In this document: piece after piece, positions 1 to 14,275 of the stretch
How the letters are laid out: the number at the start of each line of letters is the position of its first letter
Position numbering within the stretch: the stretch's first letter is position 1
The notes under the pieces: model-generated
Database searches by the model: none
The model's input: the letters and a program-made list of their open reading frames with translations, nothing else
What the model was told of the DNA's origin: nothing
NCBI GenBank assembly: GCA_964016885.1
Contig: OZ024743.1
Span: 255,378,001-255,442,000, forward strand
Length of the DNA: 64,000 nucleotides
Direction of reading: 5' to 3'
DNA from: Eledone cirrhosa
Taxonomy: Eukaryota
Position numbers and translations under genes: made by a program

Positions 1-612
1 GAATCTCAGATCACAGAGAACCATGTCATGATCAGAGAGTAGAGTTTTCTCCACTGCAATATTGTGGATATTGTCAGTGTGATTGCTGAAAATTAAGTCT
101 AGGACGTTTTTGTGGCACCTCGTTGGTTCGAGCACTAGTTGGGATAGGAAGAAATCATCCATGAAGTCAAGAAGCGATTCCACAGCTTCCCTGTCAGAGG
201 TTGAGGCAGAAGAACCTGGTGGCAGGGTGTTTGTGGACCAGTCAACTCCGGGGAGGTTGAAGTCCCCCATCATTAAGATGTTGTCAGGGTGACACTCTTG
301 GATGAAACACTTTATGCTGTTGAGGCATTCCTTGAAGCATGGTACAGGCGTTTGGGGTGGCCTATAGAGCCCAACTACTAATAGGTTGTTGGTTTGACTG
401 AATACAGTGACTGCCTCACAGTATCCATTAGTGAATATGTTCATAGCCTCTGTTGAGAAAGAATTATGGACATAAATGGCAGTTCCGCCCTTTCTTCTGC
501 CAGCGCGATCAGCACGGATGGCTTTGAAATTTTTCACTTTCACCTCGGCTTCCAAGTGGAGGTTACTGAGATGGGTTTCAGTGAAGACGAAGAAAGGGAT
601 GTGGTTTGGATG
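1..612 (-). mobile_element. Fragment of CR1/L2-group LINE ORF2, apurinic endonuclease (APE) domain, running off the window start
   Basis: Minus-strand manual translation gives APE motifs FTETHL, VGLYRPP, MGDFNLPGVDW and LLSDHDMVLCDL; the upstream end stops at a (TA)n tract. Confidence 0.8.
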
Positions 613-644
613 GACATATGTATATATATGTATATATATGTATA

Positions 645-975
645 TCATCTCATTTTACGTCCACTTTTCCCTGCTTGCAAGGGTGGGACGGGAACTGATT
701 CTGGCTTGATTTCTACAGCTGGATGCCCTTCCTAACACCAACCTCATTTACAGTGAGTGCTGGGTGCTTTTTTGCCGTGGCACCTCCACGACCACTTTAC
801 AGTGGAATGATAGGGACCCCAGTCCCTATCATCTCATTTCTACAGCTGAGTAAACTGGAGCAATGTGAAATAAAGTGCCTTGCTCAAGGAAACAACACAT
901 CACCCGGTCTGAGAATTGAACTCACAACCTTTTGATTGCAAGGCCAATGCTCTAACCACTAAGCCATGTGCCTCC
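645..975 (-). mobile_element. tRNA-derived SINE (CORE/V-like middle) with RTE-type 3' tail
   Basis: Reverse complement starts GGAGGCACATGGCTTAGTGGTTAGAGC (A box) ... GAGTTCAATTC (B box), then CCTTGAGCAAGGCACTTT. The tail shares GGTGTTAGGAAGGGCATCCAGCTGTAGAAA with the RTE 3' UTR. A near-identical copy is at 26790-27120. Confidence 0.8.
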
Positions 976-1017
<42 letters not shown>

Positions 1018-1019
<2 letters not shown>

Positions 1020-3878
1020 CATCATCATCATCATCATCACCGTTTTACGTCCGTTCTTCCACGCTAGCATGGGTTAGACGGGTTGTCCTGTTGTGGGCAG
1101 TGTCTGGTCGGCTGACCATGCCTTGCTCATACAGGAACTGATCTGGCTTGATTTCTACAGCTGGATGCCCTTCCTAACACCAACCTCATTTACAGTGAGT
1201 GCTGGGTGCTTTTTCGTGGCGCCTACACGTCCACTTTACAGTGTGGGCTGGGTGCTTTTTTGCCGTGGCACCTCCACGACCACCTTGCGGTGGTGGGGGG
1301 GGGGGGGGCATATTGTTTATATGCTTCAGCATGTACCCATGGGAGGTCGGGTACCCTGTATTACTGCGTGACGCCAGAAGTCACGGTCATGTGTCATTGA
1401 CTTTGAGAGGTGTAGTTGGGTAAGGTCGGCTTTTATCACCTCATCCCAAGTCATCTTGGGTCTCCCCACTCCGCGGTTTCCATCAACTTCTAGTGCTCTG
1501 CACCTTTTTATGCAGCTGTCATCCTTCATACGCATCACATGTCCATACCAGCGTAACCGCCTCTCCTGCACGCAGCATTTGATTCCTCTTATGCTCAGTC
1601 TCTCTCTCAATTCATTTATGCTTTGTCGTTCACGTATATTACTGTTACACATCCATCGGAGCATGCAGGCTTCGTTTCTCTCTAATCTACGTAAGTCTTC
1701 CACCTTCAGCGCCCAGGTCTCACTACCATGCAACATCGCTGTTCGGATACACGCATCATACAGTCTGCCTTTCATTCTGAGGGAGAAGCCTTTTGCAGCT
1801 AGCAGTGGTAGTAGTTCCCTAAACTTCTTCCATCCCGTTCTTACCCTAGTTATTGTACTTTCTGAGCACCCACCTCCGTTGCTAATTCGGTCACCTAGGT
1901 AGCAGAAGCTGTCTACTGTTTCTACAGGGCCCTCCCAGAGATTGGTGGTACTTGTTTCCTGTGGCTGTTTGCTTGCTGTTTCAGCACAGCTGCTGCATGT
2001 GAATCCTACATTCTTAATTAAGCTTCCTGAGATCCCGCTACATCTCTTGTGTACCCATTGTTTGCATTTGGGGCAAAGAATGGAGTTCCTACCTACACCT
2101 TTCCTACATACTGAGCAAGGCCATTTCCCTGAGGGGATCTGGGTTCTGTTTTCTCGTCTACTTATAAGGATGTTAGTCTTTGTCATGTTGACTTTGAGGC
2201 CCTTTCTCTCTAGTCCCTGCTTCCAGGTTTGGAATTTATTCTCTAGTTCTACCATAGATTCAGCTATGAGTGCGAGGTCATCAGCATACAGGAGTTCCCA
2301 TGGGCATCCGGTCTTAAACTCCTCCGTTATTGCCTGCAGGACTATGATGAACAGGAGAGGGCTAAGAACAGAGCCCTGGTGGACCCCAACCTGTACGCTA
2401 AATTCCTCGCTATACTCATTGCCAATCCTAACTTTGCTGACTGCTCCCCTATACATGGCTTGTACCGCTTTCACAAGCCATTCATCTACTCCTAGTTTTC
2501 TAAGAGCCCACCAGATTACTGCACGTGGAACTCTGTCAAAGGCTTTCTCAAGGTCGACAAATGCCAAGTAGAGTGGCTTACTTTTAGCTAGGTACTTTTC
2601 CTGTAATTGCCTCACAAGGAAGAGCGCATCAGTGGTGCCTTTCCCTGGTACAAACCCAAATTGCATCTCGTCTATATTCACCCGGTCCCTAATCAGCTGT
2701 GCTATAACTCTTTCTGTTACTTTCATGACCTGGTCCATCAACTTTATACCTCTATAGTTTCCTCTATCTAGTGCATCGCCTTTACCTTTGTAGCAGTTGA
2801 CAATGATGCTACTGCACCAATCTTTTGGTATGGCCCCCTCTAGTATTACCTGGTTAACGATACGTGTGGTTATAGTGTGACCTACAGACCCAGATGCCTT
2901 CAGCATCTCGGCAGCTATACCCGATGGACCGGTTGCCTTCCCTATCTTCATATCTCTGATTGCCTTACTTACTACGCTGCCGCTGACTTGTACTGCTGGT
3001 CCCTCTATAGGGTCTACGTGGGGTAGGGTCTCTTCTTCCCATGCATTCTCCTCATTTAGTAATCTATCATAATGACTCTTCCATGCATCTTTCTTCTCAG
3101 CACTTGTGAGGGCAAGCTCACCTTTATCATTCCGGATACACTTCTCTCCAATGACATCACAACTATCTCTGACACACTGCCTCGCAATCTTGAATACCTC
3201 CTGTTTCTGGTCCTCACGTTGTAAAACATGCTTGAATTTTCTATCCTCTGCTTCCCTCCTAGCTAAGTATACTTGTCGCCTAGCTTCCCTCTTGGTCTCT
3301 ATGTAATGTACCCTGCTCCCCCCGTTCTTCCATTCTTTCCATGCCTGTCTCTTGGCCTTGACTGCTTCATCTACCTTATTGTTCCACCACCAAGTCACTC
3401 TCCTCCTGCTTGAGGTCTTACTCCAGCCACAAACCTCATCCGTCGCCTCTAGTAAGTTATTTTTTAGGAACTCCCAGTTCTCTTCTACGTTAAATGTCTC
3501 TATCTGTTCTTCTTTACTGTCGTAGGCGTTGAGTAAAATATCTTTAAATCTGTTACTGGTTGAGGGGACTTTCAGCTTCCAGATCTTTCTTCTCCAGGTT
3601 GGCCTCTGTTTCAGGGCTCGTCTAGTTCTGACCGTGAGGTCGCTGACAACTAAGCTATGTTGGGATGTACATTCCTCACTAGGGAAGGCTTTTGTGTTTA
3701 CGACCGTCCATCTGTCACGTCCTCTGATGAGGATAAAATCTAACTGACTAGAGTGCTCCCCTGATCTATAGGTGATCAGGTGGTTGTCGGGTTTTTTAAA
3801 GTTTGTGTTACATATCGACATGTCATTGGCGTCGCAGAATTCTAGAAGTCTGAATCCTTCCTCATTCCTTGTGCCATA
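1018..3878 (-). mobile_element. 5'-truncated RTE-clade LINE with 3' UTR and (GAT)n tail
   Basis: Continuous ORF to the stop at 1326, followed by a UTR ending GGACGTAAAACGGT(GAT)n; the 5' end abuts a microsatellite. Confidence 0.93.
1326..3878 (-). CDS. RTE ORF: C-terminal part of APE, reverse transcriptase and embedded PHD finger (5'-truncated; the ORF-track N-terminus is microsatellite artefact)
   Basis: Motifs: SQLDFIL and TSQHSLV (APE); [48 protein letters not shown] and [16 protein letters not shown] (RT and RTE C-terminus). Confidence 0.92.
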   Translation of the reverse strand, partial: YGTRNEEGFRLLEFCDANDMSICNTNFKKPDNHLITYRSGEHSSQLDFILIRGRDRWTVVNTKAFPSEECTSQHSLVVSDLTVRTRRALKQRPTWRRKIWKLKVPSTSNRFKDILLNAYDSKEEQIETFNVEENWEFLKNNLLEATDEVCGWSKTSSRRRVTWWWNNKVDEAVKAKRQAWKEWKNGGSRVHYIETKREARRQVYLARREAEDRKFKHVLQREDQKQEVFKIARQCVRDSCDVIGEKCIRNDKGELALTSAEKKDAWKSHYDRLLNEENAWEEETLPHVDPIEGPAVQVSGSVVSKAIRDMKIGKATGPSGIAAEMLKASGSVGHTITTRIVNQVILEGAIPKDWCSSIIVNCYKGKGDALDRGNYRGIKLMDQVMKVTERVIAQLIRDRVNIDEMQFGFVPGKGTTDALFLVRQLQEKYLAKSKPLYLAFVDLEKAFDRVPRAVIWWALRKLGVDEWLVKAVQAMYRGAVSKVRIGNEYSEEFSVQVGVHQGSVLSPLLFIIVLQAITEEFKTGCPWELLYADDLALIAESMVELENKFQTWKQGLERKGLKVNMTKTNILISRRENRTQIPSGKWPCSVCRKGVGRNSILCPKCKQWVHKRCSGISGSLIKNVGFTCSSCAETASKQPQETSTTNLWEGPVETVDSFCYLGDRISNGGGCSESTITRVRTGWKKFRELLPLLAAKGFSLRMKGRLYDACIRTAMLHGSETWALKVEDLRRLERNEACMLRWMCNSNIRERQSINELRERLSIRGIKCCVQERRLRWYGHVMRMKDDSCIKRCRALEVDGNRGVGRPKMTWDEVIKADLTQLHLSKSMTHDRDFWRHAVIQGTRPPMGTC

Positions 3879-5279
<1,401 letters not shown>

Positions 5280-5353
5280 CTCTTTTACTCTTTTACCTGT
5301 TTCAGCCATCCGGCTGAGGCCATGCTGGGGCACCGCCCTTGTTGCTACACATT

Positions 5354-8300
5354 TTATCTCCAGCCTGTATAGGTTGGCCACTGGTGTAGGAGGGAGTTTG
5401 TTGCTGCTGCCCTTAGGTTTCCCTCGTGTCTTGCTGTGGGCTCATCCGGGATCCTGGATAACAAGGTGTCGAGATGTTTCTTAAAGACATCCACCTCCAC
5501 GTCATGCAAGTCTCGCAGATGCCTCGGCAGCCTGTTGAAGAGTTGAGGGCCCTTGAATCCCAGGCTATTGCAATACCTGCTCCTTATTCTAGATGTGGAA
5601 GACGGGACCTTTGGCACCACACAGTGACGTCCTGTTCGACGGTTGGTCCAGCTCCCAATGCCAAAGTTTGGTGCTAGTCCCTCCAGGATTTTCCACATGT
5701 AGATCACTGCGTATCACTCCCGTCTTCGCTCCAAGGAGTAGAGGTTCAGTTCTTTCAGCCTCTCCCAGTAGCTTGTCTCCCTCATCTTGGCAATCCTCTT
5801 GGTATAGCTTCGCTGGATTGCCTCAAGCTCTGTGGTTAGTTTGACACTATGGGGTGACCACAGCTGGGAGCAGTAGTCCAGGCAGCTTAGGACAAAAGTC
5901 CTCCACAGTGTCAACATGGTGTCTCGATCTCTTGTAAGGAAAGTCCTCAAGATCCAGCCAGCGAATCGTCTACATGCTGTCGCCACCTTCATGATGTGTG
6001 AAGAAAAAGATGCATCATCGCTCATGTCTATGCCCAGGTCTCGTATCGATTTTGACACGGGGATATCGGTCCCTCCTGGTCCTGTGTAGCTGTGTTCCGC
6101 TATATTTGTGTTTGTGTTTGCAGGTTTGTATTGTAGGGCTTGGAATTTGCCAGCATTAAACTGCATGTTGTTTTCTTCCGCCCATCTGTATATGGCATCC
6201 AGATCCTGCTGTAAGAGGGCAGCGTCAGCCGGGTTTTTGATTGCCTGTGCTACCTTAGTGTCATCAGCATAGCTAGTGAGGGATGTTGTTGCATGCACCA
6301 CAGAGGGCATGTCCGAGAGAGCCACCAAAAAGAGTAGTGGTCCCAGGACTGTCCCCTGAGGCACCCCACTTGTTATCGGTGTTTCCCTCGAGAGGGCCCC
6401 ATTTGCTGCGACTGCCTGGCTTCTGTCCCTTAGGAAGCCATGCAGCCACTCACCCACTTTTCCAGTTATGCCGAGTCCGTGTAGTTTGTGCCATATCATT
6501 CCGTGGTCGACCTTGTCAAAGGCCTTCGCAAAGTCAAGATATATCACGTCTACATGTGAGCTGTCTAGCAGTTGTCTCAGTACCCAGTCGTAGTGATGTA
6601 GCAGCTGTGTAAGGCAGCTTCTTCCTGGGCGGAAGCCATGTTGCGTGCCAGTCAGGCGGTCATTTTCTTCGAGGAAAGTGATTAGTTTCTTTCTGACGTC
6701 TCGCTCCATGACCTTACTGATATGCGACGTCAGGGAGACTGGCCTATAGTTCTTGGCCTCCGCTCTACTAACTCCTTTATGGATAGGGCATATTGTGCCT
6801 TCTTTCAGCTCCCTGGGTAGTACACCGCTAGCCAAGGAGCTTCTGAAGAGCATCTTCAGTGGAGTTGCTAAGGCCCGCTTACATATTTTTAGGAGAACTG
6901 CTGGGAATCCATCAGGTCCAGCAGCCAAGTCTGTTCTAATTTCATCAATGGCGTACACCACATCCTTCTCCGTTATGTCTATGTGGTTGATGGTTGCCAT
7001 TTCTTGATGTAGTGTTGTGGCATCAAAGAACTCCCCTGGCTTCGTTATTTGCATGTGCCTCAGTGGACATGTGAAGACACTTTTGTACTGTTCGTTCAGT
7101 ATTTCACATATCTCTTGGGGATTTTCGGTAATGAACCGTCCGTGTGGAAGAGTGGTCCAATCTTGCAGTGTACTGAGGCAGTTTCTTTTGCAAATTTAAA
7201 GAAGGCCTTAGGGTTTGTTTTAATGTTTTCTATGGCCCTGTTCTCTTTCCTTGCCCTCTCATTCTCATGTGAAAGCTTGAGTACAATCTCGGTGTCAAGT
7301 AGTGCACGTTTCAAATAGGATTCCTTCTTGTTTTGGTTTTGTTGACTATTCAACTGGTTTGAGAGTTTAGTTCTACGTCTCATAAGGATTTTCCTATCTC
7401 TGGGAATAAGATTTTTGTGTCTGTTTGCCTCTTTCTCCGGGACACACTTTTTGCATATGGTGTGTATCGTTGTCATGAAGTGTTGAAATTGTGTGTTAGT
7501 GTCTTGTGTGGCGATGTTTGCACTCCATGTTTGCTTCCGGATTTCACTCTTAATCTTCTTCCAGTCAGCCCTGTAGAAGTTAAGGCTGGATAGCGTCCCG
7601 GAGCTTCTTGGTGGTTTTGTCTCTGTTGGTTCTCCTGGACCACATATCATTAGCTCTACCAAGTTATGATCCGAGAGAATTGTTGGTGTCACCTTTACAT
7701 TGTGGATGAGCACTTCGTTGTTTGTAAAACAGAGGTCCAGGACATTTTCGCCTCTTGTTGGGAGGAGTATTGCTTGCTCCATGAACAGCCTGTGTGTGAG
7801 GGCCAGCAGGGATTCCGTCTGTCTCTGTTCTATTGACGTCATTCCAGGGAGGAGGTGGCCCTCAGGCCATTTGACCTTTGGTAGGTTGAAGACTCCCAGC
7901 AGTAGGATGTTGAGACCCTGGTCCAGTTTGTCAAGGACCTCTTCTATCCTACTTAGGCTATCCTCAAATTTACCCTCATGACTGGGGGCATCGGGCGGCC
8001 GATATGTGACACATATTACCGTCTGTAGTTGCTTCATATATATTATCAGTGTGTCACAGACTGAGTTTGAATGTGTCAACAGTACAATTGGTGTGACATC
8101 TTCACGGATATACAGAGCAACCCCACCATGAGTTCTCTCCTTCCTGTCCGAAAGAAATACAGTATATTTCGGTATATGTATTTCTGCATCTGCTATACTG
8201 CTTGTCAGGTGCGTTTCGGTTAGTGCCATGCATAGTGCTTGATTGCTTATGGCTAAGTCTCCCAGGTAGGAAATTTTACTCATGTTGCTGAGTTTCACCA

Positions 8301-8394
8301 GGCCCCTGACATTCAGCAGCAGCACTGGTGTGACTTTTGGGGTGCCAGTAATGGCTGTCGGTATGACACCTGGTCTGGTGTCAGCGGCGGCCAC
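5354..8394 (-). pseudogene. CR1-group ORF2 (APE + RT) with two frameshifts
   Basis: Motifs LNVRGL, ALTETHL, GGVALY, YRPP, GVFN (canonical GDFN), LDLCFT, LSDHN; NYRPVSLTS, QHGFRPGRS, YLDFAKAFDKV, GVPQGTVLGP, YADDT, YSLERRRE. Frame changes near 7120 and 5715. Confidence 0.9.
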
Positions 8395-8755
8395 TCTGGG
8401 TCCCTTAACTGCGGTGGTCTCGAGTGCTGGTGTGGATGACCCTGGCTCTGGAGACGATGCAGCCAGGTCAGCTGTCCCACAATCTTCTCTGCCATCACTA
8501 AAAAGTTTTTCTGATCTGCTGCTGCCATCTGTATCTCGTCGGCATGTGCGTGCCTTCTCCTTGTTGGTGCAGCACGCACGACATCAGCATACTTCTGGAG
8601 CGGCTTATTTCGGCTTAGGCTGGGGCTTGTTGCGCGAGTATGATGGGCAAAGTTCGTTTGAGAGCTAGCGTGGGCGAATCTGCATCCCATCCCTGTCTCT
8701 CCATGCCAGCATGTCCCGTTCTTGAAAAACTTGCACCTTACTTGGGGTTTTTTTT
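8313..8755 (-). CDS. C-terminal remnant of LINE ORF1 with a CCCH-type zinc finger
   Basis: [22 protein letters not shown] (C-x7-C-x8-C-x3-H) directly upstream of and overlapping the ORF2 start; truncated by a (TA)n tract. Confidence 0.6.
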
Positions 8756-8841
8756 TTAATGTATATATGTGTATATATGTGTATATATATATATATATGT
8801 GTATATATGTGTATATATGTGTATATATATATATATATGTG

Positions 8842-8894
<53 letters not shown>

Positions 8895-8921
8895 GTATAT
8901 ATATGTATATATATATATATG

Positions 8922-11900
8922 TAAACGGAAAAAATGAAACGATATTTCATTTCCCACTCTTAGTACGGCTGTTACTTAAATATAAGTATGTACACGTACA
9001 TACATATATGTATACCGACGTACAGTAGTATGTATATATATATATATACATACATGCACACATATATATATGCACGTATGGATTCACCGAACATTTATTA
9101 TAATGCTCGGTGTGTTTGTAAACAAACATCCCGTATTAAGCCGTAGTGTCTAGCAACCACCGTTGCTCGTTTGTTCAACACTGACAAAGGAACGCTGTAC
9201 TAGTTTCAAGCTTGTTAGCTATCGTCAGCAACGTATACCTTCCTGCCAGATTGTTGAACGTATATACTTACCTTATGCATATTAACGGCTGAGAAGCCCA
9301 ATATGCATATCGAGTGGGTTAATCGGCCGGGTGCACCGAAAACGATAAACGGAAAAAATGAAACGATATTTCATTTCCCACTCTTAGTACGGCTGTTACT
9401 TAAATATAAGTATGTACACGTACATACATATATGTATACCGACGTACAGTAGTATGTATATATATATATATACATACATGCACACATATATATATGCACG
9501 TATGGATTCTCCGAACATTTATTATAATGCTCGGTGTGTTTGTAAACAAACATCCCGTATTAAGCCGTAGTGTCTAGCAACCACCGTTGCTCGTTTGTTC
9601 AACACTGACAAAGGAACGCTGTACTAGTTTCAAGCTTGTTAGCTATCGTCAGCAACGTATACCTTCCTGCCAGATTGTTGAACGTATATACTTACCTTAT
9701 GCATATTAACGGCTGAGAAGCCCAATATGCATATCGAGTGGGTTAATCGGCCGGGTGCACCGAAAACGATAAACGGAAAAAATGAAACGATATTTCATTT
9801 CCCACTCTTAGTACGGCTGTTACTTAAATATAAGTATGTACACGTACATACATATATGTATACCGACGTACAGTAGTATGTATATATATATATATACATA
9901 CATGCACACATATATATATGCACGTATGGATTCACCGAACATTTATTATAATGCTCGGTGTGTTTGTAAACAAACATCCCGTATTAAGCCGTAGTGTCTA
10001 GCAACCACCGTTGCTCGTTTGTTCAACACTGACAAAGGAACGCTGTACTAGTTTCAAGCTTGTTAGCTATCGTCAGCAACGTATACCTTCCTGCCAGATT
10101 GTTGAACGTATATACTTACCTTATGCATATTAACGGCTGAGAAGCCCAATATGCATATCGAGTGGGTTAATCGGCCGGGTGCACCGAAAACGATAAACGG
10201 AAAAAATGAAACGATATTTCATTTCCCACTCTTAGTACGGCTGTTACTTAAATATAAGTATGTACACGTACATACATATATGTATACCGACGTACAGTAG
10301 TATGTATATATATATATATACATACATGCACACATATATATATGCACGTATGGATTCACCGAACATTTATTATAATGCTCGGTGTGTTTGTAAACAAACA
10401 TCCCGTATTAAGCCGTAGTGTCTAGCAACCACCGTTGCTCGTTTGTTCAACACTGACAAAGGAACGCTGTACTAGTTTCAAGCTTGTTAGCTATCGTCAG
10501 CAACGTATACCTTCCTGCCAGATTGTTGAACGTATATACTTACCTTATGCATATTAACGGCTGAGAAGCCCAATATGCATATCGAGTGGGTTAATCGGCC
10601 GGGTGCACCGAAAACGATAAACGGAAAAAATGAAACGATATTTCATTTCCCACTCTTAGTACGGCTGTTACTTAAATATAAGTATGTACACGTACATACA
10701 TATATGTATACCGACGTACAGTAGTATGTATATATATATATATACATACATGCACACATATATATATGCACGTATGGATTCACCGAACATTTATTATAAT
10801 GCTCGGTGTGTTTGTAAACAAACATCCCGTATTAAGCCGTAGTGTCTAGCAACCACCGTTGCTCGTTTGTTCAACACTGACAAAGGAACGCTGTACTAGT
10901 TTCAAGCTTGTTAGCTATCGTCAGCAACGTATACCTTCCTGCCAGATTGTTGAACGTATATACTTACCTTATGCATATTAACGGCTGAGAAGCCCAATAT
11001 GCATATCGAGTGGGTTAATCGGCCGGGTGCACCGAAAACGATAAACGGAAAAAATGAAACGATATTTCATTTCCCACTCTTAGTACGGCTGTTACTTAAA
11101 TATAAGTATGTACACGTACATACATATATGTATACCGACGTACAGTAGTATGTATATATATATATATACATACATGCACACATATATATATGCACGTATG
11201 GATTCACCGAACATTTATTATAATGCTCGGTGTGTTTGTAAACAAACATCCCGTATTAAGCCGTAGTGTCTAGCAACCACCGTTGCTCGTTTGTTCAACA
11301 CTGACAAAGGAACGCTGTACTAGTTTCAAGCTTGTTAGCTATCGTCAGCAACGTATACCTTCCTGCCAGATTGTTGAACGTATATACTTACCTTATGCAT
11401 ATTAACGGCTGAGAAGCCCAATATGCATATCGAGTGGGTTAATCGGCCGGGTGCACCGAAAACGATAAACGGAAAAAATGAAACGATATTTCATTTCCCA
11501 CTCTTAGTACGGCTGTTACTTAAATATAAGTATGTACACGTACATACATATATGTATACCGACGTACAGTAGTATGTATATATATATATATACATACATG
11601 CACACATATATATATGCACGTATGGATTCACCGAACATTTATTATAATGCTCGGTGTGTTTGTAAACAAACATCCCGTATTAAGCCGTAGTGTCTAGCAA
11701 CCACCGTTGCTCGTTTGTTCAACACTGACAAAGGAACGCTGTACTAGTTTCAAGCTTGTTAGCTATCGTCAGCAACGTATACCTTCCTGCCAGATTGTTG
11801 AACGTATATACTTACCTTATGCATATTAACGGCTGAGAAGCCCAATATGCATATCGAGTGGGTTAATCGGCCGGGTGCACCGAAAACGATAAACGGAAAA

Positions 11901-14275
11901 AATGAAACGATATTTCATTTCCCACTCTTAGTACGGCTGTTACTTAAATATAAGTATGTACACGTACATACATATATGTATACCGACGTACAGTAGTATG
12001 TATATATATATATATACATACATGCACACATATATATATGCACGTATGGATTCACCGAACATTTATTATAATGCTCGGTGTGTTTGTAAACAAACATCCC
12101 GTATTAAGCCGTAGTGTCTAGCAACCACCGTTGCTCGTTTGTTCAACACTGACAAAGGAACGCTGTACTAGTTTCAAGCTTGTTAGCTATCGTCAGCAAC
12201 GTATACCTTCCTGCCAGATTGTTGAACGTATATACTTACCTTATGCATATTAACGGCTGAGAAGCCCAATATGCATATCGAGTGGGTTAATCGGCCGGGT
12301 GCACCGAAAACGATAAACGGAAAAAATGAAACGATATTTCATTTCCCACTCTTAGTACGGCTGTTACTTAAATATAAGTATGTACACGTACATACATATA
12401 TGTATACCGACGTACAGTAGTATGTATATATATATATATACATACATGCACACATATATATATGCACGTATGGATTCACCGAACATTTATTATAATGCTC
12501 GGTGTGTTTGTAAACAAACATCCCGTATTAAGCCGTAGTGTCTAGCAACCACCGTTGCTCGTTTGTTCAACACTGACAAAGGAACGCTGTACTAGTTTCA
12601 AGCTTGTTAGCTATCGTCAGCAACGTATACCTTCCTGCCAGATTGTTGAACGTATATACTTACCTTATGCATATTAACGGCTGAGAAGCCCAATATGCAT
12701 ATCGAGTGGGTTAATCGGCCGGGTGCACCGAAAACGATAAACGGAAAAAATGAAACGATATTTCATTTCCCACTCTTAGTACGGCTGTTACTTAAATATA
12801 AGTATGTACACGTACATACATATATGTATACCGACGTACAGTAGTATGTATATATATATATATACATACATGCACACATATATATATGCACGTATGGATT
12901 CACCGAACATTTATTATAATGCTCGGTGTGTTTGTAAACAAACATCCCGTATTAAGCCGTAGTGTCTAGCAACCACCGTTGCTCGTTTGTTCAACACTGA
13001 CAAAGGAACGCTGTACTAGTTTCAAGCTTGTTAGCTATCGTCAGCAACGTATACCTTCCTGCCAGATTGTTGAACGTATATACTTACCTTATGCATATTA
13101 ACGGCTGAGAAGCCCAATATGCATATCGAGTGGGTTAATCGGCCGGGTGCACCGAAAACGATAAACGGAAAAAATGAAACGATATTTCATTTCCCACTCT
13201 TAGTACGGCTGTTACTTAAATATAAGTATGTACACGTACATACATATATGTATACCGACGTACAGTAGTATGTATATATATATATATACATACATGCACA
13301 CATATATATATGCACGTATGGATTCACCGAACATTTATTATAATGCTCGGTGTGTTTGTAAACAAACATCCCGTATTAAGCCGTAGTGTCTAGCAACCAC
13401 CGTTGCTCGTTTGTTCAACACTGACAAAGGAACGCTGTACTAGTTTCAAGCTTGTTAGCTATCGTCAGCAACGTATACCTTCCTGCCAGATTGTTGAACG
13501 TATATACTTACCTTATGCATATTAATGGCTGAGAAGCCCAATATGCATATCGAGTGGGTTAATCGGCCGGGTGCACCGAAAACGATAAACGGAAAAAATG
13601 AAACGATATTTCATTTCCCACTCTTAGTACGGCTGTTACTTAAATATAAGTATGTACACGTACATACATATATGTATACCGACGTACAGTAGTATGTATA
13701 TATATATATATACATACATGCACACATATATATATGCACGTATGGATTCACCGAACATTTATTATAATGCTCGGTGTGTTTGTAAACAAACATCCCGTAT
13801 TAAGCCGTAGTGTCTAGCAACCACCGTTGCTCGTTTGTTCAACACTGACAAAGGAACGCTGTACTAGTTTCAAGCTTGTTAGCTATCGTCAGCAACGTAT
13901 ACCTTCCTGCCAGATTGTTGAACGTATATACTTACCTTATGCATATTAACGGCTGAGAAGCCCAATATGCATATCGAGTGGGTTAATCGGCCGGGTGCAC
14001 CGAAAACGATAAACGGAAAAAATGAAACGATATTTCATTTCCCACTCTTAGTACGGCTGTTACTTAAATATAAGTATGTACACGTACATACATATATGTA
14101 TACCGACGTACAGTAGTATGTATATATATATATATACATACATGCACACATATATATATGCACGTATGGATTCACCGAACATTTATTATAATGCTCGGTG
14201 TGTTTGTAAACAAACATCCCGTATTAAGCCGTAGTGTCTAGCAACCACCGTTGCTCGTTTGTTCAACACTGACAA
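8922..14275 (-). repeat. Tandem array of a 424-bp hammerhead-containing unit, left arm (~12.6 units; ribozyme sense on minus strand)
   Basis: Exact 424-bp period (ORF-track starts 8947, 9371 ... 14035). Only two substitutions seen (about 9510 and 13526). Confidence 0.98.
9173..9259 (-). ncRNA. Type I hammerhead ribozyme motif (representative; 12 intact minus-strand copies at 424-bp spacing to 13837)
   Basis: Reverse complement of the motif at 14662-14748; the core reads TCGTCAG at 9222-9228 on plus. Confidence 0.8.

Larger units (their letters stand above)
5280..8755 (-). mobile_element. CR1-group LINE: partial ORF1, frameshifted ORF2, short 3' UTR with (TAAAAGAG)n tail
   Basis: ORF2 is split over 7096-8394, 5714-7054 and 5354-5707. 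The 3' end reads GGCGGTGCCCCAGCATGGCCTCAGCCGGATGGCTGAAACAGGTAAAAGAGTAAAAGAG. Confidence 0.9.

Noticed and set aside
890-975. tRNA gene
   Set aside because: A and B boxes are present but embedded in a repeated SINE body and tail, with no complete cloverleaf.
1456-3747. Plus-strand ORFs overlapping the RTE element (and similar ones over CR1 and Helitron)
   Set aside because: Antisense shadows of transposon coding sequence.
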